Source: Minisyncoccia bacterium (GTDB taxonomy: Bacteria > Patescibacteriota > Minisyncoccia > Phycocordibacterales > UBA918). From it: a stretch of 64,000 nucleotides of DNA. The DNA lies in NCBI GenBank assembly GCA_046293175.1, contig JBKBPM010000001.1:102891-166890 (forward strand). The letters run 5' to 3'. A program made the position numbers and the translations under genes. Numbering within the stretch: position 1 is the stretch's first letter; each line of letters begins with the position of its first letter. The notes beneath the pieces are model-generated. The model had not been told where the DNA came from. It did no database searches and worked only from the letters and a program-made list of their open reading frames with translations. Positions 36,594-46,728 of this stretch are shown here, one piece after another.

Positions 36594-38360
36594 GTGGCTA
36601 CTTTTATTCTTATGGCCTCGGGTGACTCAGTACAACAAATCAAAGATCGTCTCAACATCCTCGATATAGTCGGGCAATACGTTGAACTCCAGCGAGCCGG
36701 AAAGCACTTCAAAGGTCGCTGTCCTTTTCATAATGAAAAGTCACCGAGCTTCCACGTCTCTCCAGATCGCGGGACGTACCACTGCTTTGGCTGTGGTGTC
36801 GGAGGTGATATCTTCTCCTTTGTACAGGCGATTGATGGAGTGGAGTTCAAGGAAGCACTGAAGACTCTCGCACAAAAGGCCGGTGTCGAACTCGTACCCG
36901 AAAATCCTGAGCGGCGCACAGAGCGTGATACCCTCTACAGTATCCTCGAAGCCGCGACCGCCTTTTATGAAGCCGAACTTGCAAAGAACAGCGAAGCATT
37001 GGCTTATCTTGAAAAGCGGGGAGTAAGCAAAGAGACTATCAAAAAGTGGCGTATCGGTTTTGCACCTGGTCCACCTGTCGGTGGTTGGCGAGAAGTGAAG
37101 AATCATCTGAATACCATTGGACACCCGGATGCGCTCATTATCAAAGCGGGCTTAGCGAAAACTGCTGATCAGGGCAAGGAGCCATTTGATGTATTTCGAG
37201 ACCGGATTATGTTCCCGCTCCGTGATGCCAATGGAAAAGTGGTAGCGTTCTCTGGTCGCATCCTTCATCCTGACGATAAGGCACCGAAGTACGTGAATAG
37301 TCCCGAGACCGAGCTTTTCCATAAATCAGATTTGCTCTATGGGTATGATTTTGCAAAGCATCATATCAGGCAGTTACCATTTTGGCTTTTGGTCGAAGGA
37401 CAGTTTGATGTGGTGATGAGTCACCAATGTGGCTATGCTACGGCAGTAGCTGTATCTGGCACTGCTTTGACCGTACATCACGTACAGCAGCTCGAGCGGC
37501 TCTCTCGTAATGTAGTCTTGGGACTTGATACCGACCAGGCGGGGATTAATGCGATGAAGAAGTCAGCCGATATTATGCTCAGGCGGGGACTGGATGTAAA
37601 AGTAGCGCGCTTTGCCGAAGGAGCCGACCCAGCTGATATGGTGCAAAAGGATCTCGCTGGTTTTAAGACGGCTATCAAGGACTCGGTCCATATCATTGAG
37701 TTTTTGCTTGCACACTTGAGACGTGATATCACGGACGAGCGCGCCTACAAACTCAAAGTACGAGAAGAAGTGATTCCATTTGTAACCCTCATTCCCAATC
37801 GCATTGACCAAGAGCACTTTGAAGGGGTGATAGCGGAAGCGCTCGGTACGACCAAAGATGCAATTCACTTTGAAGTACTGCGACTGATAGACACACAAGC
37901 CAAAACACCAACTGCGAGCTTTGAAAAACCAAAGACACCAAATATGCCACCAGCTGAAACTCGCGACCAGCGCGAGAAGACCCTCGCGTATCTCGTCGCT
38001 GCACTGGCTATTGTGGATGAGCATGAAGCCAATGTCATCCGCCGCTGCCTCAGACAAATACATGATACACAATTCGAGGATGTATTAAGTAGTGTTGATC
38101 AATTGCTTGTCTCAAAACTCACCTTCTCACTTGAGCGAGAATTTGATGCAGTAGCAGGGAAGGTACGGCGGGATGAAATCCTCCACAAGCTCAATCGCTA
38201 CCGTGACCTCGTTTGCAAAGAGGCGATTCAACAACAACGTGCGAAGCTTGGTACAGTATCGAGTGACGAGGAAGCCGTCCTACTGCAGACGATTGCGCAT
38301 TATACGAATCAACTTCGGCGACCTCCTTATGGTGACGACATCTTCTTAAAAACATCGTAA
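36594..38360 (+). CDS. dnaG: DNA primase
   Basis: Zinc ribbon (CPFHNEKSPSFHVSPDRGTYHCFGCGVGGD), RNA polymerase domain and Toprim (LLVEGQFDVV, LGLDTDQAG). Confidence 0.9.
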   Translation: MATFILMASGDSVQQIKDRLNILDIVGQYVELQRAGKHFKGRCPFHNEKSPSFHVSPDRGTYHCFGCGVGGDIFSFVQAIDGVEFKEALKTLAQKAGVELVPENPERRTERDTLYSILEAATAFYEAELAKNSEALAYLEKRGVSKETIKKWRIGFAPGPPVGGWREVKNHLNTIGHPDALIIKAGLAKTADQGKEPFDVFRDRIMFPLRDANGKVVAFSGRILHPDDKAPKYVNSPETELFHKSDLLYGYDFAKHHIRQLPFWLLVEGQFDVVMSHQCGYATAVAVSGTALTVHHVQQLERLSRNVVLGLDTDQAGINAMKKSADIMLRRGLDVKVARFAEGADPADMVQKDLAGFKTAIKDSVHIIEFLLAHLRRDITDERAYKLKVREEVIPFVTLIPNRIDQEHFEGVIAEALGTTKDAIHFEVLRLIDTQAKTPTASFEKPKTPNMPPAETRDQREKTLAYLVAALAIVDEHEANVIRRCLRQIHDTQFEDVLSSVDQLLVSKLTFSLEREFDAVAGKVRRDEILHKLNRYRDLVCKEAIQQQRAKLGTVSSDEEAVLLQTIAHYTNQLRRPPYGDDIFLKTS

Positions 38361-38545
38361 CGCCCGTCCAAAAGCCCTAATGCTTCGTTGTATTTCGCTC
38401 AGAAACATTCATCGTATAGCTAATTCGCTTCATATTTCTTCACTCGTACACTTTGCCTGATGACTTTTTGACCAGGCTCTGGATGAGGTGTCTGAAACTT
38501 AGGAATATAACGGGGGACTGGACAATTTCCCATTTTTCTGTATAG

Positions 38546-39967
38546 TTGTCCACATCTATGGCAACTGCCAAAAAAGTAGCGAAAAAAGCCAATACACCAA
38601 AGAAAAAAGCGGCAAAAGCCGTCAAGCCATTCACTAAAAAGAAAGTAATCAAAGGAGCAAAAAAGACTGTCAAAAAAGTCGCCGCTCCAAAGAAGAACGT
38701 CGTCAAGCCCACCAAAAAAGCTATTTCAAAAAAACTAACCAAAAAGGTCATCAAACCCGCTAAGAAAGCAGCAGTCAAAAAAGTCGTGCCAAAAAAGATG
38801 AAGAAGCCAGTAACTAAAAAAGTCGCCGCTAAAAAAGTGGTAGCAAAAAAAGTCGCTCCAATCAAAGTACTCCCTGTGAAGGCGCCGACAAAGAGTGAAA
38901 AGATTTTAGAACTTAAAGCCGCCGAACTCATGAAGAGTGGTCGCGAGCGTGGTTATGTAACATACGACGAGCTCTTACGCTCTTTTCCAGAAATTGAAAA
39001 GGATATCATGTTCCTCGATGAACTCTACGAGCGCTTTTCGAATGCTGGGGTTGATGTGCTGAAGAGTGGTGGTATGCTTGGTGCCGATCCAGCCGAAGAG
39101 CTTTTGGCTCAAAAGAATGCCTTTCGTCGTAATGATTCAAGTTATGACTCAATCCAGATGTACCTCCGTGAAATTGGTCAGTATCCACTCCTCTCCGCAC
39201 ACGAAGAGCGTACCCTCGCAAAGCGTATCGTTGATGGTGACGAAGAAGCACGTAACCTCCTTGCGCGTGCGAACCTCCGTCTTGTGGTTTCAATTGCGAA
39301 GAAGTACGTCGGACGTAGTCCAGACCTTACCCTCCTTGACTTGATTCAAGAAGGGAATCTTGGTCTCTTTAAAGCAGTTGATAAATTCGACTTCACCAAG
39401 GGCTTTAAGTTCTCAACCTACGCTACCTGGTGGATTCGCCAGGCGATTACCCGTGCGCTTGCTGACCAGTCTCGAACTATCCGTATCCCGGTACACATGG
39501 TAGAAACCATGGCGAAGTACAAACAGGTAGCTCGTCGTCTTTCCCAGGACCTCGGCCGTGACCCAATGCCAGAAGAAATCGCTACCGAAATGGGTGTTGA
39601 AGTTGAAAAGATTTACCAAATTGAAAAAATCAGTCAGGACACCATTTCACTCGAACTCCCAATTGGTGACGAAGATGATCATTCTCGCCTCTCAGACTTT
39701 ATTGCTGATGATAAGATTATCGCTCCTGACCAAGAAGTATCTCACAGTATCCTGACCGATCAGATTACCGAAATCCTCGATACCCTTTCAGAGAAAGAGC
39801 GCAAGATTCTCGAGATGCGTCATGGACTTCTCGATGGTACCTACCATACCCTTGAAGAAGTAGGAAAGGAGTTTGGAGTAACCCGCGAACGTATCCGCCA
39901 GATCGAAGCCAAGGCACTCGAAAAAATCCGCAGCCATGAGAAGGCTCGTCGTCTCAAGAGTTACTAA
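38546..39967 (+). CDS. rpoD: Primary sigma factor (sigma-70 family) with a lysine-rich, histone-H1-like N-terminal extension
   Basis: Regions 1.2-4.2 present ([57 protein letters not shown]). The first 115 aa are KKxA/KKV repeats. Confidence 0.9.
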   Translation: MSTSMATAKKVAKKANTPKKKAAKAVKPFTKKKVIKGAKKTVKKVAAPKKNVVKPTKKAISKKLTKKVIKPAKKAAVKKVVPKKMKKPVTKKVAAKKVVAKKVAPIKVLPVKAPTKSEKILELKAAELMKSGRERGYVTYDELLRSFPEIEKDIMFLDELYERFSNAGVDVLKSGGMLGADPAEELLAQKNAFRRNDSSYDSIQMYLREIGQYPLLSAHEERTLAKRIVDGDEEARNLLARANLRLVVSIAKKYVGRSPDLTLLDLIQEGNLGLFKAVDKFDFTKGFKFSTYATWWIRQAITRALADQSRTIRIPVHMVETMAKYKQVARRLSQDLGRDPMPEEIATEMGVEVEKIYQIEKISQDTISLELPIGDEDDHSRLSDFIADDKIIAPDQEVSHSILTDQITEILDTLSEKERKILEMRHGLLDGTYHTLEEVGKEFGVTRERIRQIEAKALEKIRSHEKARRLKSY

Positions 39968-39981
39968 TATCAAATATGAAG

Positions 39982-40020
39982 AAAGGGCGGCCCTGCTATA
40001 GGGTCGCCCTTTTTTTCTTC
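39982..40020. terminator. Bidirectional terminator after rpoD
   Basis: aaagggcggccctgctatagggtcgccctttttttc. Confidence 0.7.
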
Positions 40021-40511
40021 TTGCTGCGCTGCTGGCGACTTTTCCGAGGGCGGTCAAAGGCTATATATCCGCGTGTTAGAGTGATGAGCACTGATTGTGG
40101 TAGTCCGTCCTTGGTAACGTAGACAGATTCGATAGTGAGAAGCTTCTCATGCGCCCTCCAGGCGGAGGGTGGTCCATCGACCGGTCTCCCTCTTGCGGTA
40201 AAGCGCTGCTCGCTGGTGAGGAGTTTGGCGTCGGGGTGCAGCCATTTGATTGGTCCTCTGCGTCCCCAGCCCTTGTCCTCTTTGGCGGTGAGGTGTCCCC
40301 AGAGCAAAATAGTCTCGTCATCGAGGAGTCTCTGTAGCACTGCTCTGAAGAGATTTTCTTCTATGACTGGAATAATCGCCGCCAGCAGTGTATCGAAAGC
40401 GAGGCCCCGATAGCAGATGCCTTTTACACCAGGTATTGGGGCACGACGGAGACGACGAATCATGTCGACTACCAGCTGCGCGGCACGCGCATCAGGAGAT
40501 GTGTCTGTCAT
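39996..40511 (-). CDS. GC-rich ORF resembling a degenerate calcineurin-like metallophosphoesterase; possibly a pseudogene
   Basis: 171 aa. DDETILLWGHLTAKEDKGWGRRGP aligns loosely to phosphoesterase motif II (DxLxLxGDxVDRG) with the metal ligands substituted. No GNHE. The 3' end runs into the rpoD terminator. GC about 56%. Confidence 0.25.
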   Translation of the reverse strand: MTDTSPDARAAQLVVDMIRRLRRAPIPGVKGICYRGLAFDTLLAAIIPVIEENLFRAVLQRLLDDETILLWGHLTAKEDKGWGRRGPIKWLHPDAKLLTSEQRFTARGRPVDGPPSAWRAHEKLLTIESVYVTKDGLPQSVLITLTRGYIAFDRPRKSRQQRSKKKKRATL

Positions 40512-40657
40512 TGGTCCACCTTTGGGTTTGATTAAAAGAGCGGCAGGAAGGTACAGGGTGTTGTGTCTATTAAACTACCGCTCGCGTGTACCGTCAAACA
40601 TATAACCACAAGTTTGACCACATTTTACCTTATGTCTTGTTACAATAGAGACGTCAT

Positions 40658-41431
40658 ATGGACGTTCCTTCACAGAGTTGGCACATACTCACTATTACGC
40701 TGTATTCAGCGTTAGTGACTTTGGCTGCGGTCATGTTTGCATGGCCGGTGCCCTTGGCACTCTTTTTTCTCTGTGGTGTGCCGCTTATTGTTCTTCTCTA
40801 TGAGACAGATTTACCACTCGGTCGACTACTTGGTCTCGTGGGTATTTTGTCGGTCGTAGTGGTGGTGCTTGATGCGGTTGCTCATACCACAGGGAGTTGG
40901 TATACGGTTGTTGGTTCCCCGTGGCGATTCTTGGGAGTGACGTTTGAGTCGGCACTCTTCGCTTTTATACATACCTTGTACTTCCTTGTTCTGTATGAGT
41001 TCATGTTTGATGACACCAAAGTCAGAGGAATAGCCCGCCGGGGGGTGGCTGGTATGGCTGCTGTGATTGCTACCCTCGTCATAGCCGGTTTTTATCTCTT
41101 TTCGGTTTGGTTGGTAACATTTGCTTTTTTGTGGATGATTGTCCTGTTGTTTGTGCTGGTGCTCGCTCTTATGTGGCTCGCACATCCAGGGAACTCGACA
41201 CACTTGGTCAACAAAGCCTTTCTCTTTGGTATTCTTGTCTATCCACTGTCGTTACTCTTTGAGTTGGTTGCCCAGGCCGGGGAAGTCAGAATATTTGCAT
41301 TCACCAACGAGTATCTGTTTATGGTACCCCTTGCTCAGTATGCTGTTCCTGTTGAAGAACTTCTCCTCCTCATCCTGTGGCCAACATTACTCGTATTTCT
41401 CTACGAGTGTTTCATTGATGATGGGATATAA
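40658..41431 (+). CDS. Polytopic integral membrane protein, hypothetical
   Basis: 257 aa with about 7 predicted TM helices. PVEELLLL-type motif faintly reminiscent of lycopene-cyclase-domain proteins. Confidence 0.55.
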   Translation: MDVPSQSWHILTITLYSALVTLAAVMFAWPVPLALFFLCGVPLIVLLYETDLPLGRLLGLVGILSVVVVVLDAVAHTTGSWYTVVGSPWRFLGVTFESALFAFIHTLYFLVLYEFMFDDTKVRGIARRGVAGMAAVIATLVIAGFYLFSVWLVTFAFLWMIVLLFVLVLALMWLAHPGNSTHLVNKAFLFGILVYPLSLLFELVAQAGEVRIFAFTNEYLFMVPLAQYAVPVEELLLLILWPTLLVFLYECFIDDGI

Positions 41432-41462
41432 AAAATCACGACGATGTCGTGATTTTTTTATA
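41432..41462. terminator. Bidirectional terminator
   Basis: aaaaaatcacgacgatgtcgtgatttttttat. Confidence 0.7.
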
Positions 41463-41468
41463 CTGAGT

Positions 41469-43550
41469 TTACGAATGGCGGACTAATTCTTCTTGCAATG
41501 TTACGTAGAGCTTTGGCGTAATGAGTTGCCGCTCAAAAAGTTCAGTGAGCATCACTTCTTCAATTTTTGATACACCACGGAGAGCAAGGGTATGGGCAAG
41601 TGCTTCGTAGCGAACTTTGTGTCCGATGGCAATTTCCCGCATCTTTTGCTCAGATTGTTCTTTGAAGGTAGTGTAGAGGGCTGTCACATGTTCAAGAGCG
41701 TCTTTGGTGAAAATGTGCGCAGCTTGTTCGGTACCAATATCACCAATCTCTTTTACCACTTTTCGAGAGATAATCGCTTGGGCTCGGTAGTACATAAAGA
41801 GATGGTCGACATCTTCTTCATGGGTTCGAGGACTTACGAGATTACGGATACTGTTGGCAATCCGATCAAAGATATCTTTACCATCGGTGTGAAGAGACAT
41901 GTCGGGTTTGAGGTTGCCTGATTCAATGGCTTCTTGCTGCAATTGCAATTTACCGTACAGGTGTCGGTAGACCGCCTCATCAACCTCATTGTGATGATAT
42001 AGCTCCTTGAGGTGCCGCAGTTCAATACCAATAGCAAACATGCGTAATACTCGCTTTGCGAGTGCTTTAGTATCTGGCGCAGTAAGTTTTTCACAAGCAG
42101 CACGAAAGGCTGTTTCGTGATGCTGAAGAAGGTTTTCTGCTACGGCACTTTCAATGTAACCACGTTCGGCATATCTAGTAATACGTTCGGTGACTTCATG
42201 ATGGATGAGAGCTCTCGCTTCAAGTGATTCGACTTCCTCAATTGGGGTGAGCGTGTCTAGCTTGAGGCGACGCATGAAGTATTGGATAGTTGGCGCCTTT
42301 ATAAACAGTGTCGCGACAATGCATCCAACTGTCAAAGAGAGGAGAAACTCTTTTGGAGAGAGGGGTAGTGTCCAACCAGCAAAGGCAAGATCGTTTGGAA
42401 TGAGGAGCACCATCGTAACCGCGAGCGCACCACGGAGTGACCCCCATGACAGGAGGTGTTGCCACGAGAGCGGAATGTAGCGATCTTTTTGACTGAATAG
42501 GTTATATGTTGATACGACTGGGTAGATAGAGATGGCCCGAGCGATGGCAACGATAATAATCGTCAAAAGTACAATCAATAAGGTGGCAGGTGTCACTGGT
42601 GGCATATTTGCTACCAAGAGACCGATAAGAATGAAGATGAGGGAGTTGGCAATAAAGGCCAGTTCACTCCAGAGCTTCTCAACGAACTCTTCAGCGCGGG
42701 GATGGATTTTGCTACGACCATAATTACCCATGAGAAGAGCGGCCACCGTGGTGGCAATAATTGGTGATAGCGGCAAATGTGTGTCACCGATGTGGAGATG
42801 GTGTGAAGCAATCTCAGCGCCAATAAAAGTGATGTGCGCGAGGGCAATCGTGAGCGTGATGCTCGCTACCTCGTTTTCACGGGTGAAGCCAATTAATTGA
42901 GCAAAAATACCACCAACCACTACACCAAAGATGACACCTCCAACCATCATCGAGGTAAACGCTATGGTGCCGTCGAGGACAGTGTCAAACCCCTGGTAGC
43001 CGAATCGTGCCACTTCAAGAAGAACTAAAAAGAGTGCCACTGCGGTTGCGTCATTAAAAAGACTCTCACCTTCAAAGATGAGTGACAACCGACGTGGTGC
43101 ACCGTACTCCTTAAAGAGTGCCAGTACCGCCACTGGGTCGGTAGCAGAGATGAGTGCGCCAAAGATAAGGGTTACTATGAACGGTACCCCAAGACCGAGG
43201 AATAAGAGTGCGTAATAGAGGCCGGCTGCGATAATAACAGTTGAAACCAGTAAGCCGACTACTGATAAAATGAGAATAATCCAGGCGTCTTCTACCATGC
43301 GACGAACATTGATGTTGTACGCTGATTCAAAAATGAGTGTCGGTAGAAGGAGGTAAAAAAGTAGTTCTGGGGTGAGTTGAAACTCGCCAAAAAAGTGAAA
43401 GGTTGGTGTATGCGATAAAATGCCGAGAACAAGTCCAACAATTACTAAAAATACGGTATGGGGCAGCTTGACTCGTTTCGCCCAAAAAATAGCGAGACTC
43501 GAGATGGCGAGCATAGCAAAGATGGCGAGTGTAGCGTTGGCAGTAAGCAT
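41469..43550 (-). CDS. Na+/H+ antiporter (CPA1/NhaP-type) with a C-terminal cytoplasmic domain of about 280 aa
   Basis: 693 aa. 10-12 TM helices with the cation/H+ exchanger signature (ATDPVAVLALFKEYGAP, SLFNDATA). Soluble C-terminal domain. Confidence 0.85.
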   Translation of the reverse strand: MLTANATLAIFAMLAISSLAIFWAKRVKLPHTVFLVIVGLVLGILSHTPTFHFFGEFQLTPELLFYLLLPTLIFESAYNINVRRMVEDAWIILILSVVGLLVSTVIIAAGLYYALLFLGLGVPFIVTLIFGALISATDPVAVLALFKEYGAPRRLSLIFEGESLFNDATAVALFLVLLEVARFGYQGFDTVLDGTIAFTSMMVGGVIFGVVVGGIFAQLIGFTRENEVASITLTIALAHITFIGAEIASHHLHIGDTHLPLSPIIATTVAALLMGNYGRSKIHPRAEEFVEKLWSELAFIANSLIFILIGLLVANMPPVTPATLLIVLLTIIIVAIARAISIYPVVSTYNLFSQKDRYIPLSWQHLLSWGSLRGALAVTMVLLIPNDLAFAGWTLPLSPKEFLLSLTVGCIVATLFIKAPTIQYFMRRLKLDTLTPIEEVESLEARALIHHEVTERITRYAERGYIESAVAENLLQHHETAFRAACEKLTAPDTKALAKRVLRMFAIGIELRHLKELYHHNEVDEAVYRHLYGKLQLQQEAIESGNLKPDMSLHTDGKDIFDRIANSIRNLVSPRTHEEDVDHLFMYYRAQAIISRKVVKEIGDIGTEQAAHIFTKDALEHVTALYTTFKEQSEQKMREIAIGHKVRYEALAHTLALRGVSKIEEVMLTELFERQLITPKLYVTLQEELVRHS

Positions 43551-43659
43551 AAAATAACCATTATTTTCTAAAAACAGGTTGACACTATACTCCTCTAGTC
43601 GATTGGCGGCAAGCCCTCACGATGCGTCAAGTGCGAGGTGAAATGGTATACTAGAGTCC

Positions 43660-46600
43660 ATGAAGAATCTCCATGACGATGCCTATCAGACTGCCTACAA
43701 ACGCCTCAATGCCAAGCAAAAGGAAGCGGTAGACGCTATTGAAGGGCCGGTGATGGTGATAGCAGGACCGGGAACAGGTAAGACGCAGATTCTGACGTTG
43801 CGGATTGCGAATATCCTCAGACAAACCCAGATGAATCCGGAAAACATCCTCGCTCTCACGTTTACCAAGTCTGGCGCCAAAGCCATGCGCGAGCGTCTCT
43901 TCCAGTTTATCGGGAACGCTGCCTATCGTGTTTCTATCAATACCTTCCATGGACTGGCCGAACGGCTTATTCGTGAGTATCCTGAAGCGTATACAAAAAT
44001 TATTGGAGGGAAAGCCGTCACCGAAATTGAAAAAATCGACATTATCGAAACGATTCTTGAAGCACCTGACTTGCGACTCCTTCGTCCGACCGGTGCACCT
44101 GAGTTTTATGTAGCGCCACTGTTGTCGATTATCAGTCATATGAAGCAGGAGAATATATCGCCTGATGGTTTGGCAGAACTCATTACGATACAGGAGTGTG
44201 AACTTAAAGCTACTCCTCAGTATCATGAAAAAGGCGCCTACAAAGGTAAAGAGCGTGGTGAATATACAAAAATGGCTGGATATATCGAAAAGCAACGAGC
44301 GCTTCTGGTAGTCTATCGACAGTACGAAACCTTGCTGCGCGAGCGGCAGCGCTACGACTTTGACGACATGATTGTGGAGACGGTGCGCGTGCTTACTCAA
44401 AACGAGACCGTGCGCCTTAATCTCCAAGAAACCTACCAGTATATCTTGGCTGACGAACATCAAGATGTGAACGGTGCCCAAAACGAAATTTTGGTACAAC
44501 TGACCTCCTTTCATGAAAATCCCAATCTCTTTGTGGTAGGTGATGAGAAGCAAGCCATCTACCGTTTTCAAGGCGCCTCTTTGGAGAACTTTCTCCATTT
44601 TGAAAAGTTGTACCCGCAAACCAAAGTGATTGTCTTGACTTCCAACTATCGATCGACTCAGCCAATCCTTGATGTGGCACACGAATTAATTAAGGTAGAG
44701 GAGGGGCCATTGATTGATTACCGTATCGCACTTGAAGCACATACTGATATAGCGACAGCACCAACACTCACTACCTACAGTAACGAGCAACACGAACACG
44801 CAGCACTTTTGGTAAAGATCAGAGCTGCATTAGCTCTAGGTGTTGCACCAAACGATATAGCGGTAATTGTCCGGTCCAACCGTGAAGTTGAAACTATTGC
44901 TGAATTGCTGACGGGAGCTGGTATTGCTGTTGAGGCTAGTGCCGACGCTGATGTCCTTGAACATCCACTCTTTTTGGCAGTAATTGATTTGCTCGAGACC
45001 ATTTTGAACCCTGCTGATATGACACGTCTCACCCGAGTGTTTATGGCGCCGTATTCCGGTGTACCAGCGTCTGATATGGCCCGTATTATGGCCAACCTTT
45101 CTTATGATACACCTTTGGTTGTTCGCCTCGGGGATGAAAAATGGCTTTTGAGTGTTGGTGTTGAAAACATAGCTGCTTGTACACGTCTAGTAACGCTCCT
45201 TGAGGAAATTCGGGGTAAAGTACTCACTGCTCCGCCACATCGGCTTTTAGCTTCACTTTTGACAGAGAGTGGACTCTTTAAGGAGGCATTTGGTGCTCTG
45301 CCGCAAGAGAGTACGAGAGTACTACGACGACTTTATGATGAAGTGGAGGGGTTTGTGCGTAATGGCGAAGCGCTCACGCTGGCTGATGTCGTGCGGCTGT
45401 TGCGTCGGCGAATGGAGTATCGAGTACCGCTTTCAGCGCCATTTGTGTCGGGAGGCGCTGAAGCGGTGCAGGTGATGACTGCTCACAAATCAAAAGGTCT
45501 CGAATTTGATACTGTCTTTATTCCTCATCTTACTGAGGGTAGTTGGGGGAAAGGCAGTCAGGCTGATTACTTCAAGGTGCCACTGGTTGCGACGGCGAGC
45601 CTCAAGCTCGAAGCTAATGAAGACGAACGACGACTCCTCTACGTGGCGATGACACGCGCGAAGCGAGCACTTTCTCTATCGTATGCCGAGCAAAGTAGTG
45701 ATGGTAAGGTACTCATGCCAGCGCCATTTACGGCTAGTATTGGCGAACTGCTGCCAACAATCACCGATGATACAGTCGTCTCTCATGATTCACTACCGTT
45801 GCCAAAAATTGAGTCACCAACCATAACAGTACTGAGGGGTATCCTGCTTCGTTCACTGACTGATCGCGGACTCTCAGCGACGTCACTAAATAACTGCATC
45901 AAAAACCCATGGCAGTACCTCTACCGGAATGTGTTCCATGTACCTGAAGTACAGGCGCTCCCAATGCTCTATGGTACGGCGATGCACGGCGTCCTTGAGA
46001 TGGCAACCAAACACCATACTGTTCATGGTTCACTCCCATCCATAAGCCAGCTCCGCGATGTGCTCATTCGTGAGCTCGGACGTTTACCGTTAAGTACGGT
46101 GGAGTTCAGCGATCTCCTCGAAAAAGGCCAAGAGACACTCGTGGTGTACCGCGAACATCTGGCGGAGACATTGCCACCAGCTTCCAGAGCTGAATTGTCT
46201 GTGAAAGTACTTCTCCCAACAAAACATCCTCAGGTACCATTGTTACCACTGACTGGGAAGCTCGACCGCATTGATCTAAACCCTGACGGTACCGCCTTGC
46301 GAGTAGTTGATTATAAGACCGGCAAGGCCAAGACCCGCAATGATATCGAAGGCAAAACCGCCAAAGCTGATGCCTCGTACCGCCGCCAGCTATCATTTTA
46401 CTCACTCCTCTTATCACTCCATGACGATGAGCGGTATCGAACTGATGAGGGTGTATTGTCATTTATCGAACCTGATAGTAAAGGTCGTATACATGATGAG
46501 TCATATACAAGCGGGGAAGTCGAGCGAGCTGCCTTACTAGAAGAAATTGAAGCAGCTATTGCGACGATTGTCTCTGGTGATTTCTTATACGATGAAGTGC

Positions 46601-46662
46601 TCCTTGAAGCGAGTGATTACGCTCACTTGGGACGACTCTTATTTAAGCAGTTACATTCGTAG
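43660..46662 (+). CDS. UvrD/PcrA-like superfamily-1 helicase fused to a C-terminal PD-(D/E)XK (RecB/AddB-type) nuclease domain
   Basis: Walker A AGPGTGKTQ, motif II LADEHQDVNG, motifs III-VI (FVVGDEKQAIYRFQGA, TSNYRST, MTAHKSKGLEFDTVF, LLYVAMTRAK). C-terminal nuclease motifs GK-LDRIDL ... VVDYKTGKAK. Confidence 0.85.
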   Translation: MKNLHDDAYQTAYKRLNAKQKEAVDAIEGPVMVIAGPGTGKTQILTLRIANILRQTQMNPENILALTFTKSGAKAMRERLFQFIGNAAYRVSINTFHGLAERLIREYPEAYTKIIGGKAVTEIEKIDIIETILEAPDLRLLRPTGAPEFYVAPLLSIISHMKQENISPDGLAELITIQECELKATPQYHEKGAYKGKERGEYTKMAGYIEKQRALLVVYRQYETLLRERQRYDFDDMIVETVRVLTQNETVRLNLQETYQYILADEHQDVNGAQNEILVQLTSFHENPNLFVVGDEKQAIYRFQGASLENFLHFEKLYPQTKVIVLTSNYRSTQPILDVAHELIKVEEGPLIDYRIALEAHTDIATAPTLTTYSNEQHEHAALLVKIRAALALGVAPNDIAVIVRSNREVETIAELLTGAGIAVEASADADVLEHPLFLAVIDLLETILNPADMTRLTRVFMAPYSGVPASDMARIMANLSYDTPLVVRLGDEKWLLSVGVENIAACTRLVTLLEEIRGKVLTAPPHRLLASLLTESGLFKEAFGALPQESTRVLRRLYDEVEGFVRNGEALTLADVVRLLRRRMEYRVPLSAPFVSGGAEAVQVMTAHKSKGLEFDTVFIPHLTEGSWGKGSQADYFKVPLVATASLKLEANEDERRLLYVAMTRAKRALSLSYAEQSSDGKVLMPAPFTASIGELLPTITDDTVVSHDSLPLPKIESPTITVLRGILLRSLTDRGLSATSLNNCIKNPWQYLYRNVFHVPEVQALPMLYGTAMHGVLEMATKHHTVHGSLPSISQLRDVLIRELGRLPLSTVEFSDLLEKGQETLVVYREHLAETLPPASRAELSVKVLLPTKHPQVPLLPLTGKLDRIDLNPDGTALRVVDYKTGKAKTRNDIEGKTAKADASYRRQLSFYSLLLSLHDDERYRTDEGVLSFIEPDSKGRIHDESYTSGEVERAALLEEIEAAIATIVSGDFLYDEVLLEASDYAHLGRLLFKQLHS

Positions 46663-46728
46663 GTATCCATCATGAAAAGAAACACCCGGTGTGGAGTGTT
46701 TCTTTTGATTGCTTTTTACGACTTGAGG

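Noticed and set aside
38440-38931. 163-aa Phe/Ala-rich minus-strand ORF
   Set aside because: Antisense artefact of the lysine codon repeats (AAR gives YTT) in the rpoD N-terminal tail.
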